Assembly (NCBI GenBank): GCA_007120465.1
Contig: SKNO01000149.1
Location: 1 to 62,631, forward strand
Reading direction: 5' to 3'
DNA from: Nitriliruptoraceae bacterium
Lineage (GTDB): Bacteria; Actinomycetota; Nitriliruptoria; Nitriliruptorales; Nitriliruptoraceae
Length of the DNA stretch: 62,631 bases
Shown: one piece after another, positions 43,917-52,251 of the stretch
Position numbering within the stretch: the first letter of the stretch is position 1
How the letters are laid out: every line of letters starts with the position of its first letter
Program-made: the position numbers and the translations under genes
The notes under the pieces: generated by a model
Database searches by the model: none
The model's input: the letters and a program-made list of their open reading frames with translations, nothing else
What the model was told of the DNA's origin: nothing

Positions 43917-43962
43917 TTTACGGGCAGACGCGTGGATGTCATACTTTCTGATGTCCAAGTAT
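43917..43962 (+). promoter_or_regulatory. Candidate promoter (TTTACG-17 nt-CATACT) with overlapping inverted repeat ATACTT-N10-AAGTAT upstream of icmF
   Basis: Locally AT-richest stretch. The IR arms are 43941-43946 and 43957-43962. GATGTC is repeated at 43935-43940 and 43950-43955. Confidence 0.35.
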
Positions 43963-43977
43963 CTGCGAGGTGGCGCC

Positions 43978-46900
43978 GTGAGCTCCGACGACCTGCACGT
44001 GCCCGAACACCCCGTCCGGTTCGTGACCGCCGGCAGCCTCTTCGACGGGCACGACGCGGCGATCAACATCATGCGGCGCCTGCTGCAGTCCCAGGGGGCC
44101 GAGGTGGTGCACCTCGGCCACGATCGCAGCGTCGAGGACGTGGTCACCGCGGCGGTCCAGGAGGACGTGCAGGGCGTGGCGGTCAGCTCCTACCAGGGTG
44201 GCCACGTCGAGTACTTCTCCTACCTCGTGGACCGGCTCCGCGACGTCGGCGCCGGCCACGTCAAGGTCTACGGAGGCGGCGGGGGTGTCATCGTCCAGGA
44301 CGAGATCGACCTGCTCCACGAGCGTGGCGTCGCGCGCATCTTCTCCCCGGCCGACGGGCAGCGGATGGGCCTGCCGGGGATGATCAACACGATGATCGCG
44401 GCGTGCGACGTCCCGGCGCCGACGGACCGGGTCGACCTCGAGGCCCTCCACGGGGGGGACGAGGGCGCGCTCGCCCGGGCGATCTCGCAGCTCGAGGTCG
44501 GGCAGGTCTCCGAGGACACGCGTCGGACGATCGCCGACGCCGCCGCCGAACGGGATGTCCCGGTGCTGGGGATCACCGGGACCGGGGGATCCGGGAAGTC
44601 ATCGTTGACCGACGAGCTCGTCCGTCGCTTCCGGGTCGACCGCGAGGACAAGCTGCGCATCGCGGTGCTGGCGATCGACCCCAGCCGGCGGAAGGGGGGA
44701 GGCGCGCTGCTGGGGGACCGCATCCGCATGAACGCGGTCACGGCCGGGCGGGTGTACTTCCGCTCGATGGCGACCCGCGAGGCGGACACCGAGGTTCCGA
44801 GCTGCCTCACCGACGTGATCGCGTCGTGCAAGGCGGCCGGGTACGACCTCGTGATCGTCGAGACCCCCGGCATCGGCCAGGGCAGCACCGCGATCGTGCC
44901 CTACGTGGACACCGCGCTGTACGTCATGACCCCGGAGTACGGCGCCGCGTCGCAGCTCGAGAAGATCGGGATGCTCGACGAGGCCGACGTCGTCGCGATC
45001 AACAAGTTCGAGCGTCGCGGTGCCGAGGACGCCCGCCGCGACGTCGCGAAGCAGCTGGTCCGCAACCGGGAGGCCTTCGGCATCCCGTGGGAGGAGATGC
45101 CGGTGTTCGGCACCTCCGCGGCCCGGTTCGACGACGACGGCGTCACCGCCCTGTACCAGGACCTCGCCGAGCGGCTCAGCAAGCACGGTCTGGAGCCCGG
45201 TGGGGGCGTGCTGGCGAGGGTGGACACCAGGGTGTCCACGAAGCTGGAGGCGGTCATCCCCACCGGCCGGGAGCGCTACCTCGCCGACATCGCCGAGACC
45301 GTCCGGGACCACCACCGCCGGACCACGGAGCAGGCCGAGCTCGCGCGCCAGCGCCAGCACCTGACCACCTCGCGGCAGCTGCTCGAGGAGCAGGGCGCCG
45401 ACGAGGACGCGATCGCGTCGCTGGACCGGGCGATCGACGGGGTGGACGACGAGCTCGACGAGGATGTCGCTGCGCTGCTCGCGGAGTGGCCAGACGTCGT
45501 CGAGACGTACGCCGGGGACGAGTACACCTACCGGGTGCGCGACCGGGAGCTGCGGGCACCACTGACCCGCGAGACGCTGTCGGGCAGCAAGGTTCCCCGG
45601 GTGGCGCTGCCGCGGTACGCCGACCACGGCGACCTGGTCAGCTTCCTGCGCCGGGAGAACCTGCCCGGGCGGTTCCCCTTCACCGGTGGGGTGTTCCCGC
45701 TGAAGCGCGACGGGGAGGCCCCGACGCGCATGTTCGCGGGTGAGGGCGACCCCTTCCGGACCAACCGGCGGTTCCACTACCTGTCGAAGGACAGCCCGGC
45801 GAAGCGGCTGTCGACCGCGTTCGACTCGGTGACCCTGTACGGGCGCGACCCGTCGGAGCAGCCCGATGTCTACGGCAAGGTGGGTACCTCCGGGGTGTCG
45901 ATCGCGACCCTCGACGACATGAAGGCGCTCTACGACGGGTTCGACCTGTGTGACCCGTCGACCTCGGTGTCGATGACGATCAACGGGCCGGCGCCGGCGA
46001 TCCTGGCGATGTTCCTCAACACCGCGATCGACCAGCAGCTGGACCGCTTCCGTGCACGTGAGGGGCGCGAACCCACCGACGAGGAGGCCGCGGAGATCCG
46101 GGCCCGGACCCTGTCGGCGGTCCGCGGCACCGTCCAGGCGGACATCCTCAAGGAGGATCAGGGGCAGAACACCTGCATCTTCTCGACCGAGTTCGCGCTG
46201 CGGTGCATGGCGGACGTGCAGGAGTGGTTCATCGAGCACGACGTCCGCAACTTCTACTCGGTGTCGATCTCGGGCTACCACATCGCGGAGGCCGGAGCGA
46301 ACCCCATCACCCAGCTCGCGTTCACCCTCGCCAACGGGTTCACCTACGTCGAGGCGTACCTCGCGCGCGGCATGGACATCGACGAGTTCGCGCCGAACCT
46401 GTCCTTCTTCTTCTCCAACGGCATGGACGCCGAGTACACCGTGATCGGGCGGGTCGCCCGGCGCATCTGGGCGATCGCCATGAAGGAGCGGTACGGCGCG
46501 AACGAACGCTCCCAGAAGCTCAAGTACCACATCCAGACGTCGGGTCGGTCGTTGCACGCCCAGGAGATGGACTTCAACGACATCCGCACGACGCTCCAGG
46601 GGCTGTGCGCGATCTACGACAACGCGAACTCGCTCCACACCAACGCCTACGACGAAGCCGTCACCACCCCCACCGAGGCGTCCGTTCGCCGGGCGCTGGC
46701 GATCCAGATGATCATCGACAAGGAGTGGGGCCTGACGAGGAACGAGAACCCGCTGCAGGGGGCGTTCATCGTCGACGAACTCACCGACCTCGTGGAGGAG
46801 GCCGTGCTCGCCGAGTTCGATCGGATCGCGAACCGCGGTGGCGTGCTCGGGGCGATGGAGACCGGCTACCAGCGCGGCAAGATCCAGGACGAGTCGATGC

Positions 46901-47229
46901 TCTACGAGCACCGCAAGCACGACGGTTCCTTGCCGATCGTGGGTGTGAACACCTTCCTGCCCGACGAGGACACCGCCTCGGAGGGTGGGTTGTCGCTGGA
47001 GCTCTCGCGGGCGACCGAGGACGAGAAGCACTCCCAGCTCGAGCGGGTCGCCACGTTCCGGGAGCGACACGCCGGCGCGGCGGAGGCCGACCTCGCCCGG
47101 CTGCGCGAGGCGGCCGTGTCTGGCGGCAACGTCTTCGACGTGCTGATGGACGCCGTGCGCACCTGCACGCTCGGCCAGATCACCGAGGCCTTCTTCGAGG
47201 TCGGCGGTCGCTACCGCCGCAACGTGTGA
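43978..47229 (+). CDS. icmF: Fused isobutyryl-CoA mutase (B12-binding domain + MeaB-like GTPase + mutase catalytic domain)
   Basis: GTG at 43978 preceded by GCGAGGTGG; alternative in-frame starts at 43876, 43936 and 43951. N-terminal B12 domain (FDGHDAAINIMRRLL), P-loop GITGTGGSGKSS, and a C-terminal methylmalonyl-CoA-mutase-like TIM barrel. Confidence 0.9.
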   Translation: MSSDDLHVPEHPVRFVTAGSLFDGHDAAINIMRRLLQSQGAEVVHLGHDRSVEDVVTAAVQEDVQGVAVSSYQGGHVEYFSYLVDRLRDVGAGHVKVYGGGGGVIVQDEIDLLHERGVARIFSPADGQRMGLPGMINTMIAACDVPAPTDRVDLEALHGGDEGALARAISQLEVGQVSEDTRRTIADAAAERDVPVLGITGTGGSGKSSLTDELVRRFRVDREDKLRIAVLAIDPSRRKGGGALLGDRIRMNAVTAGRVYFRSMATREADTEVPSCLTDVIASCKAAGYDLVIVETPGIGQGSTAIVPYVDTALYVMTPEYGAASQLEKIGMLDEADVVAINKFERRGAEDARRDVAKQLVRNREAFGIPWEEMPVFGTSAARFDDDGVTALYQDLAERLSKHGLEPGGGVLARVDTRVSTKLEAVIPTGRERYLADIAETVRDHHRRTTEQAELARQRQHLTTSRQLLEEQGADEDAIASLDRAIDGVDDELDEDVAALLAEWPDVVETYAGDEYTYRVRDRELRAPLTRETLSGSKVPRVALPRYADHGDLVSFLRRENLPGRFPFTGGVFPLKRDGEAPTRMFAGEGDPFRTNRRFHYLSKDSPAKRLSTAFDSVTLYGRDPSEQPDVYGKVGTSGVSIATLDDMKALYDGFDLCDPSTSVSMTINGPAPAILAMFLNTAIDQQLDRFRAREGREPTDEEAAEIRARTLSAVRGTVQADILKEDQGQNTCIFSTEFALRCMADVQEWFIEHDVRNFYSVSISGYHIAEAGANPITQLAFTLANGFTYVEAYLARGMDIDEFAPNLSFFFSNGMDAEYTVIGRVARRIWAIAMKERYGANERSQKLKYHIQTSGRSLHAQEMDFNDIRTTLQGLCAIYDNANSLHTNAYDEAVTTPTEASVRRALAIQMIIDKEWGLTRNENPLQGAFIVDELTDLVEEAVLAEFDRIANRGGVLGAMETGYQRGKIQDESMLYEHRKHDGSLPIVGVNTFLPDEDTASEGGLSLELSRATEDEKHSQLERVATFRERHAGAAEADLARLREAAVSGGNVFDVLMDAVRTCTLGQITEAFFEVGGRYRRNV

Positions 47230-47287
47230 GCCACCCCTAGCCTGCGCCTGCCCCACGGGAGGACCCACCATCGCCATCCGCGACCCG

Positions 47288-47776
47288 TTGCCCTTCGACC
47301 CGGTCGAGGAAGCCCGCCGCCACTGGGTCGAGCACGGGTGGGCGGACGCCGCGAACGGCATGGCGATGGTCACGGCGATCATGCGGGTCCAGCAGATCCT
47401 GCTGGCACGGATCGACGAGGTACTGCGTCCCCTGGACCTCACCTTCGCCCGGTACGAGCTGTTGATGCTGCTCACCTTCAGCCGCGAGGGCCGGCTGCCG
47501 CTGAACGTGATCGGTGCGCGGCTGCAGGTGCACCCCGCGAGCGTGACGAGCGCCGTGGACCGCCTGGAGGCCCAGGGCTTCGTCGAGCGTCAGGCTCACC
47601 CCACCGACCGGCGCACGAAGCTGGCGGTCCTCAGCGACCTCGGCCGCAAGGTGGCCGCGGAGGCCACGGACCGCTTGAACGAGCAGGTCTTCACCGACGT
47701 CGGGCTCCCGGAGCGCGACCTCGCCACGTTGCACCGCGTGCTCACGCGGCTGCGTCGCGACGCCGGCGACTTCTGA
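47288..47776 (+). CDS. MarR-family transcriptional regulator
   Basis: 162 aa, winged HTH (ARYELLMLL...LQVHPASVTSAVDRLEAQGFVERQAHPTDRR). Start is uncertain: TTG at 47288 has no SD, while a GGGAGGA lies at 47257-47263. Confidence 0.85.
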   Translation: MPFDPVEEARRHWVEHGWADAANGMAMVTAIMRVQQILLARIDEVLRPLDLTFARYELLMLLTFSREGRLPLNVIGARLQVHPASVTSAVDRLEAQGFVERQAHPTDRRTKLAVLSDLGRKVAAEATDRLNEQVFTDVGLPERDLATLHRVLTRLRRDAGDF

Positions 47777-47926
47777 GGGCGACCTGCTGCGGGTGTCGTG
47801 CTGGCGGCGTCGCGCGTGCCAGCGGCCGACGCGCCGGGCGCGCGTGGGACCCTCGGCCCGCCGCGTCGATGACGAAGGTCCCGCCGGACGTGACCTCGTG
47901 CCCTGGTGGCGGGACCGGGCACCGCC

Positions 47927-47964
47927 GATGCTGCCGCTGGTGCAGGTGATGCCGCTGGTGCAGG
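47927..47964. repeat. Imperfect tandem duplication GATGC(TGC)CGCTGGTGCAGG x2 upstream of the HTH/PocR regulator gene
   Basis: 14-nt core GCCGCTGGTGCAGG at 47933-47946 and 47951-47964, read directly. Confidence 0.6.
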
Positions 47965-47998
47965 ACCTGCCGGAACGGACCGATCCGTGGCCACCGGG

Positions 47999-48607
47999 AT
48001 GCTCAACGCCAAGCAGGTCGAGGAGCTGCTCGGCGTCGACGCCTCCACCGTCTACCGCATGGCGGCCGACGGACGCCTGCCCGCGGTGCGCGTCGGGCGG
48101 CAGTGGCGCTTCCCTCCCGACGCCGTCGACCGGCTGCTCGCAGCTCCGGGGGACGGGTCCGGTCCAGCGCAGCCACCGGTCGAGGTGACGACCGCACTGC
48201 TGGAGGCGATGGCCCCGGCGCTGGGTGTCACGATGGTCGTGACCGATCTGCGCGGCCGGCCCCTCACACGCCTGGTGCACCCCGCTCCGGCGCTCGCCGA
48301 GCACGTGGACGACCCGCGGTTCCTCGCGAGCTGCACCCGGGAGTGGGCGCGCTACGCCCAGACGCCGCACCTGGCACCCCGGTTCGAGTCGAGCGCCCAG
48401 GGGTTCCTGTGCGCTCACAGCCTGGTGCGCCACGGATCCGAGCTGGTCGCGATGGTGCTCGCGGGCGGCATCGCCCCCGCGGAGGACACGGCGTCCGGCC
48501 TGTTCCACCTCGACGCCGCCGGTCGCCGTCGCGTGCTCGAGGCGCTGCCGCGGATCGCGGCGGTGCTGTCACGATTGCTGGACCACCCGGGAACGGGAGG
48601 AAGGTGA
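47999..48607 (+). CDS. Excisionase-family HTH DNA-binding protein with a PocR-like sensory domain
   Basis: ATG at 47999; alternative GTG at 47906. HTH AKQVEELLGVDASTVYRMAADGRLPAVRVGRQWRF. The C-terminal domain has a PocR-like pattern (VVTDLRGRPL...C...GFLCAHSLV...VLAGGI). Confidence 0.7.
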   Translation: MLNAKQVEELLGVDASTVYRMAADGRLPAVRVGRQWRFPPDAVDRLLAAPGDGSGPAQPPVEVTTALLEAMAPALGVTMVVTDLRGRPLTRLVHPAPALAEHVDDPRFLASCTREWARYAQTPHLAPRFESSAQGFLCAHSLVRHGSELVAMVLAGGIAPAEDTASGLFHLDAAGRRRVLEALPRIAAVLSRLLDHPGTGGR

Positions 48608-48612
48608 CGACG

Positions 48613-49911
48613 ATGCGCAGACTGCTCGTCCTCGGTGCGGGCACCGCCGGCACGATGGTGGTGAACAAGCTGCGGCCGCTGCTGGCGCGCGACGCGTGGG
48701 ACATCACGATCGTCGACCAGTCCGAGGAGCATCACTACCAGCCCGGCTACCTGTTCGTCCCCTTCGGGACCTACCGGCCGGACGAGATCGTCAAGCCGCG
48801 CCGGCGGCTGATCGCCGACGGGGTGCGGCAGGTCACGGGGGTGATCGACGAGGTCGTCCCCGCCGCGCACGTGGTCCGGCTGGCGGACGGCACCGAGCTG
48901 CCCTACGACCAACTGGTGATCGCGACGGGCACGCACCCGGCGCCCGAGGAGACGCCCGGGCTGGACGACCCGGCGGCGAAGGAGCGGGGCGTCCACACCT
49001 TCTACACCCTCGAGGACGCCGTCGCGCTGCGCGACGCGCTGGCCGGTTTCGACGGTGGGCGGCTGGTCGTCAACCTCGTCGATCTGCCGATCAAGTGCCC
49101 CGTGGCGCCGCTGGAGTTCGCGTTCCTCGCCGAGGCCTGGCTGCGCGAGCACGGACTGCGGGAGCGCACCGAGGTCACCTACGTCACCCCGCTGGACGGC
49201 GCCTTCACCAAGCCGCTGGCGTCGCGGGAGCTCGGGGGGATGTTCGCGGCCCGCGGGATCGACCTGGAGCCCGACTTCATGCTCGAGCGCGTCGACCTCG
49301 ACGCGCAGGCGCTCGTCAGCTACGACGAGCGCGAGGTGCCCTTCGACCTGCTGGTGACCGTCCCGCTCAACATGGGGGCGGCGTACGTCGGTCGGTCCGG
49401 GTTGGGTGACGAGCTCCGGCACGTCAAGGTCGACCCCCACACCTTCCTCGCCGACGGCCACGACGACATCTTCGCGCTCGGCGACGCCGCGAACCTGCCG
49501 ACCTCGAAGGCCGGGTCGGTCGCCCACTTCGCCGTGGACGTGTTCGTCGACAACCTCCTCGCGCACATCGCAGGCCGGCCGATGAGCGCGTCCTTCGACG
49601 GGCACGCCAACTGCTTCATCGAGTCCGGGGACAACAAGGCGTTGCTGCTCGACTTCAACTACGACACCGAGCCGCTGCTCGGGTACTTCCCCCTTCCCGG
49701 CGTCGGTCCCTTGACCCTGCTCGCCGAGAGCGAGGCGAACCACCTCGGGAAGCTCGCCTTCCGGTGGATCTACTGGCACGTGTTGCTGCCCGGCCGCCCG
49801 CTCCCACTCGCCACCGCGATGTCGATGCTCGGCAAGACCCGGCCTGTCGTGGCGGAGGACGACGACCGCGAGAAACCCCGTCCCGGGGAGCTCCAGGAGG
49901 TGTCGATGTGA
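48613..49911 (+). CDS. Sulfide:quinone oxidoreductase-like NAD(P)/FAD-dependent oxidoreductase
   Basis: ATG 48613, or GTG 48604 overlapping the upstream stop. LVLGAGTAGT FAD fold. SQR-type cysteine contexts IKCPVAPLEF and HANCFIESG. Confidence 0.8.
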   Translation: MRRLLVLGAGTAGTMVVNKLRPLLARDAWDITIVDQSEEHHYQPGYLFVPFGTYRPDEIVKPRRRLIADGVRQVTGVIDEVVPAAHVVRLADGTELPYDQLVIATGTHPAPEETPGLDDPAAKERGVHTFYTLEDAVALRDALAGFDGGRLVVNLVDLPIKCPVAPLEFAFLAEAWLREHGLRERTEVTYVTPLDGAFTKPLASRELGGMFAARGIDLEPDFMLERVDLDAQALVSYDEREVPFDLLVTVPLNMGAAYVGRSGLGDELRHVKVDPHTFLADGHDDIFALGDAANLPTSKAGSVAHFAVDVFVDNLLAHIAGRPMSASFDGHANCFIESGDNKALLLDFNYDTEPLLGYFPLPGVGPLTLLAESEANHLGKLAFRWIYWHVLLPGRPLPLATAMSMLGKTRPVVAEDDDREKPRPGELQEVSM

Positions 49912-50447
49912 CCGCCCTGCACACCCCCACCGACGACCGGGCCCACGGGGCCGACGACCGGCTCGCCAGGATCGAGGCGCAGCTCGACGAGCTGCTGGCC
50001 GATGCCCGCAGGCGCGACGCGGAGCTCGAGCCCTTGCGTGACCTGGCGGCCGAGATCGGGGTCCTGTCCGGCCCTGTCGTCGAGACCGTCACGACACGCG
50101 TGGCCGACCTCGAGGAGCGTGGCTACGTGACCTTCGCCCGCAGTGGCGGTCGGGTCGTCGACCGGATCGTCACCTCCTTCGACGAGGAGGACGTCGAGGC
50201 GCTCGGTGACAACATCGTGCTGATGCTCGAGACGTTGCGGGACCTGACCCAGCCGGAGGTGCTGCACCTCCTGCGTCGTACGGCCGGCAGCGTCGGGCAC
50301 CTCGACGACGTCCCCACGGGCCCCCCTCCCTCCACCTTCGCGCTGCTGCGTCAGCTGCGCGATCCCGCGGTGCGGCGCGGCCTCGCCCGCACCCTCGAAC
50401 TGCTGCGCAGCATCGGCTCCGACACCGCAAGCGCCGACCCGACCTGA
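49908..50447 (+). CDS. DUF1641-domain protein
   Basis: GTG at 49908 overlaps the SQR stop (GTGA), with GGAGG 8 nt upstream. The C-terminal region (DNIVLMLETLRDLTQPEVLHLL) fits DUF1641, a family often next to SQR/NDH-type flavoproteins. Confidence 0.7.
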   Translation: MTALHTPTDDRAHGADDRLARIEAQLDELLADARRRDAELEPLRDLAAEIGVLSGPVVETVTTRVADLEERGYVTFARSGGRVVDRIVTSFDEEDVEALGDNIVLMLETLRDLTQPEVLHLLRRTAGSVGHLDDVPTGPPPSTFALLRQLRDPAVRRGLARTLELLRSIGSDTASADPT

Positions 50448-50470
50448 CCCGACCTGACCCGACCCGGCCC
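50434..50470. repeat. Short tandem repeat (CGACCTGACC x2 with degenerate flanking copies) spanning the DUF1641 stop codon
   Basis: gccgacc-cgacctgacc-cgacctgacc-cgacccggcc, read directly. Confidence 0.6.
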
Positions 50471-50523
50471 TCGGGCCACCTCCACGACCCCGACACACAC
50501 CATCCAGGAAGGAGGCAACCGCC

Positions 50524-50838
50524 ATGCCGGTCGCCACCATCGACGGACGTGAGATCCACCTCGACGACGAGGGGTTCCTCACCGATCCCAGTGAGTGGGA
50601 CGAGGCCCTCGCCACGCGACTCGCCACCAACATCGGCATCGAGCTCACCGACCGGCACCTCGAGGTGATCCGGTGGGCGCGCGCCGACGCCGACGAGCAA
50701 GGCGAGACCCCGACCCTGCGACGGCTGCAGAACGTCGGCGGCTTCCCGACGAAGGAGCTGTTCCAGTTGTTCCCCAAGAAGCCGGCCAAGAAGCTGTCCT
50801 ACGTCGCCGGGTTGCAGAAGCCCGTCGGCTGCGTGTGA
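50524..50838 (+). CDS. tusE: TusE/DsrC/DsvC-family sulfur-relay protein
   Basis: 104 aa. HWEVI-like LTDRHLEVIRWAR. C-terminal arm ends ...GLQKPVGCV, with a single penultimate Cys (TusE-like rather than two-Cys DsrC). Confidence 0.85.
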   Translation: MPVATIDGREIHLDDEGFLTDPSEWDEALATRLATNIGIELTDRHLEVIRWARADADEQGETPTLRRLQNVGGFPTKELFQLFPKKPAKKLSYVAGLQKPVGCV

Positions 50839-50849
50839 AGGAGACCGTG

Positions 50850-51377
50850 ATGACCGCGACCGACCTCCCCGTCGACCCGACGAGCGCGCCGATCCCCTCC
50901 TTCGATGACGAGGAGGACGCTGGCCGCAAGCTGGTCCTGATCTGCTCGAAGGGCTCACTGGACATGGCCTATCCGGGCCTGGTGCTGGCGAACGCCGCCC
51001 TCGGCGAGGGGGTGGAGACCCACCTGTTCTTCACCTTCTGGGGCTTCGACATCATCAACAAGAAGACGATGGATGCGCTGAAGTTCACACCGGTCGGCAA
51101 CCCGGCGACCCACATGCCGCAGATGCTGATGGGCCTGCCCGGGATGACCTCCTTCGCGACGCACATGATGCGCAAGCAGATCGAAGGACTCGACGTCCCG
51201 GCGGTGCCGGAGTTCCTCGACCTGATCCGCGACGCTGGCGGGCATCTGTGGGCGTGCCGGATGTCGGCGGACATGATGCACCTGACCGAGGAGGACCTCT
51301 ACGACGGGGTCGAGGGCATCATCAACGCCTCCGACTTCATCGAGATCGCCGAGGGCGCCCAGACGATCTTCATCTGA
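50850..51377 (+). CDS. DsrE/DsrF/DrsH-like sulfur-carrier family protein
   Basis: ATG at 50850 within ORF 50595..51377. KLVLICSKGSLDMAYPGLVLANAA, FFTFWG and LWACRMS motifs. Confidence 0.8.
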   Translation: MTATDLPVDPTSAPIPSFDDEEDAGRKLVLICSKGSLDMAYPGLVLANAALGEGVETHLFFTFWGFDIINKKTMDALKFTPVGNPATHMPQMLMGLPGMTSFATHMMRKQIEGLDVPAVPEFLDLIRDAGGHLWACRMSADMMHLTEEDLYDGVEGIINASDFIEIAEGAQTIFI

Positions 51378-51739
51378 CGGCGGGCACGGCACGGCGGGTC
51401 CTGCCCCCCGGGAGCGGGACCCGCCGTCATGACGCCGGCCCCGACCCCGGTCCCGCGGGCAGCGGGACGGACGTACATGCGTTTGATCTCCCCCGCGTCG
51501 TCGGTGAGCCGTCGCAGGCCCCCGATCCCGACGTCGTCGACGAGCAGCAACCGGCCGGCCGGCGGCGCGAAGGGCGTGAGGTCGGCGAGGTCGCTGGCGA
51601 GGACCTCCTCGACCGCGACGCGGATGCCGTGCCGGCGGGCGAGCTCACCATCCGCCCACGTGAGGAACTCGCGCCACAGCGCCCGGATCGTGGTGAGGTC
51701 CCGGTCCGGGTCGGCCTCGCGGATCCGCACGGCGCACAC
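51299..51739 (-). pseudogene. GNAT-family N-acetyltransferase, 3'-truncated remnant
   Basis: GNAT similarity runs from about VRIREADPDRD to the acetyl-CoA motif KRMYVRPAARGTGVGAGV, ending near 51430. The frame then runs through the hairpin and 79 nt into the convergent dsrE-like gene, with no GNAT C-terminal half. Confidence 0.55.
51391..51427. terminator. 11-bp GC-rich hairpin (ACGGCGGGTCC / GGACCCGCCGT, 15-nt loop) after the dsrE-like gene
   Basis: Read directly. Lies between convergent units. No U-tract. Confidence 0.5.
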
Positions 51740-52251
51740 CTCCTCGAGGCAGCGCTCGGGGAGTGTGGTCGCGCGCGCGTCATCGCGCCCGACGTGCCCG
51801 CGTCCGCGGGCCGCCTGCCCGCTGGCCGCACACGGTCGGCGCAGCAAGGGTTCGGCAGCGGGTCGATGAGGGACGGACAACCCGATCTGCACGCTCCCAG
51901 GGAGCGATGCCGCGCTTGACAGCTAGAGAAGCATCGGTGATGTCGTGGATCGCCGGCGTCGCAACCGGCGGGAGCGAGAACCTGGGCCACCCCTTCAGGC
52001 CGAGTTCGCCAGGTGGCCTTGCTTCTCGATCTGAGAGACCCGCCCCGGGTCTGATGGAGGTTCCCAACGTTGGTTTCCCAGGAGGAGCCATGTCCACGAT
52101 CGGGGGTTCCGGCAAGCCGCAGACACGTCGTTCCCCTCCACGCCCACGCACAGAGGGAGAGGTTCCGGGCGTTCCTCCCACGCTTTCGAGTTGTGTCGAT
52201 CGGTGGTCAGCTCCGAGTCTTGCGGCACCGACACCTCGAGGCCGGATGGCG

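Noticed and set aside
40009-47475. Large alternative-frame ORFs over the helicase and icmF (40009..41637, 41851..43791, 43617..45743, 44599..47475)
   Set aside because: No motifs, artefact composition, and mutually exclusive with the SNF2 and IcmF frames, which carry complete motif sets.
51299-51892. 197-aa ORF as an intact GNAT acetyltransferase
   Set aside because: The N-terminal 50 codons are Arg/Ala-rich with no similarity, and the C-terminal 40 codons run through a hairpin and into the convergent gene. Only the central part is GNAT-like, so it is called a truncated remnant.
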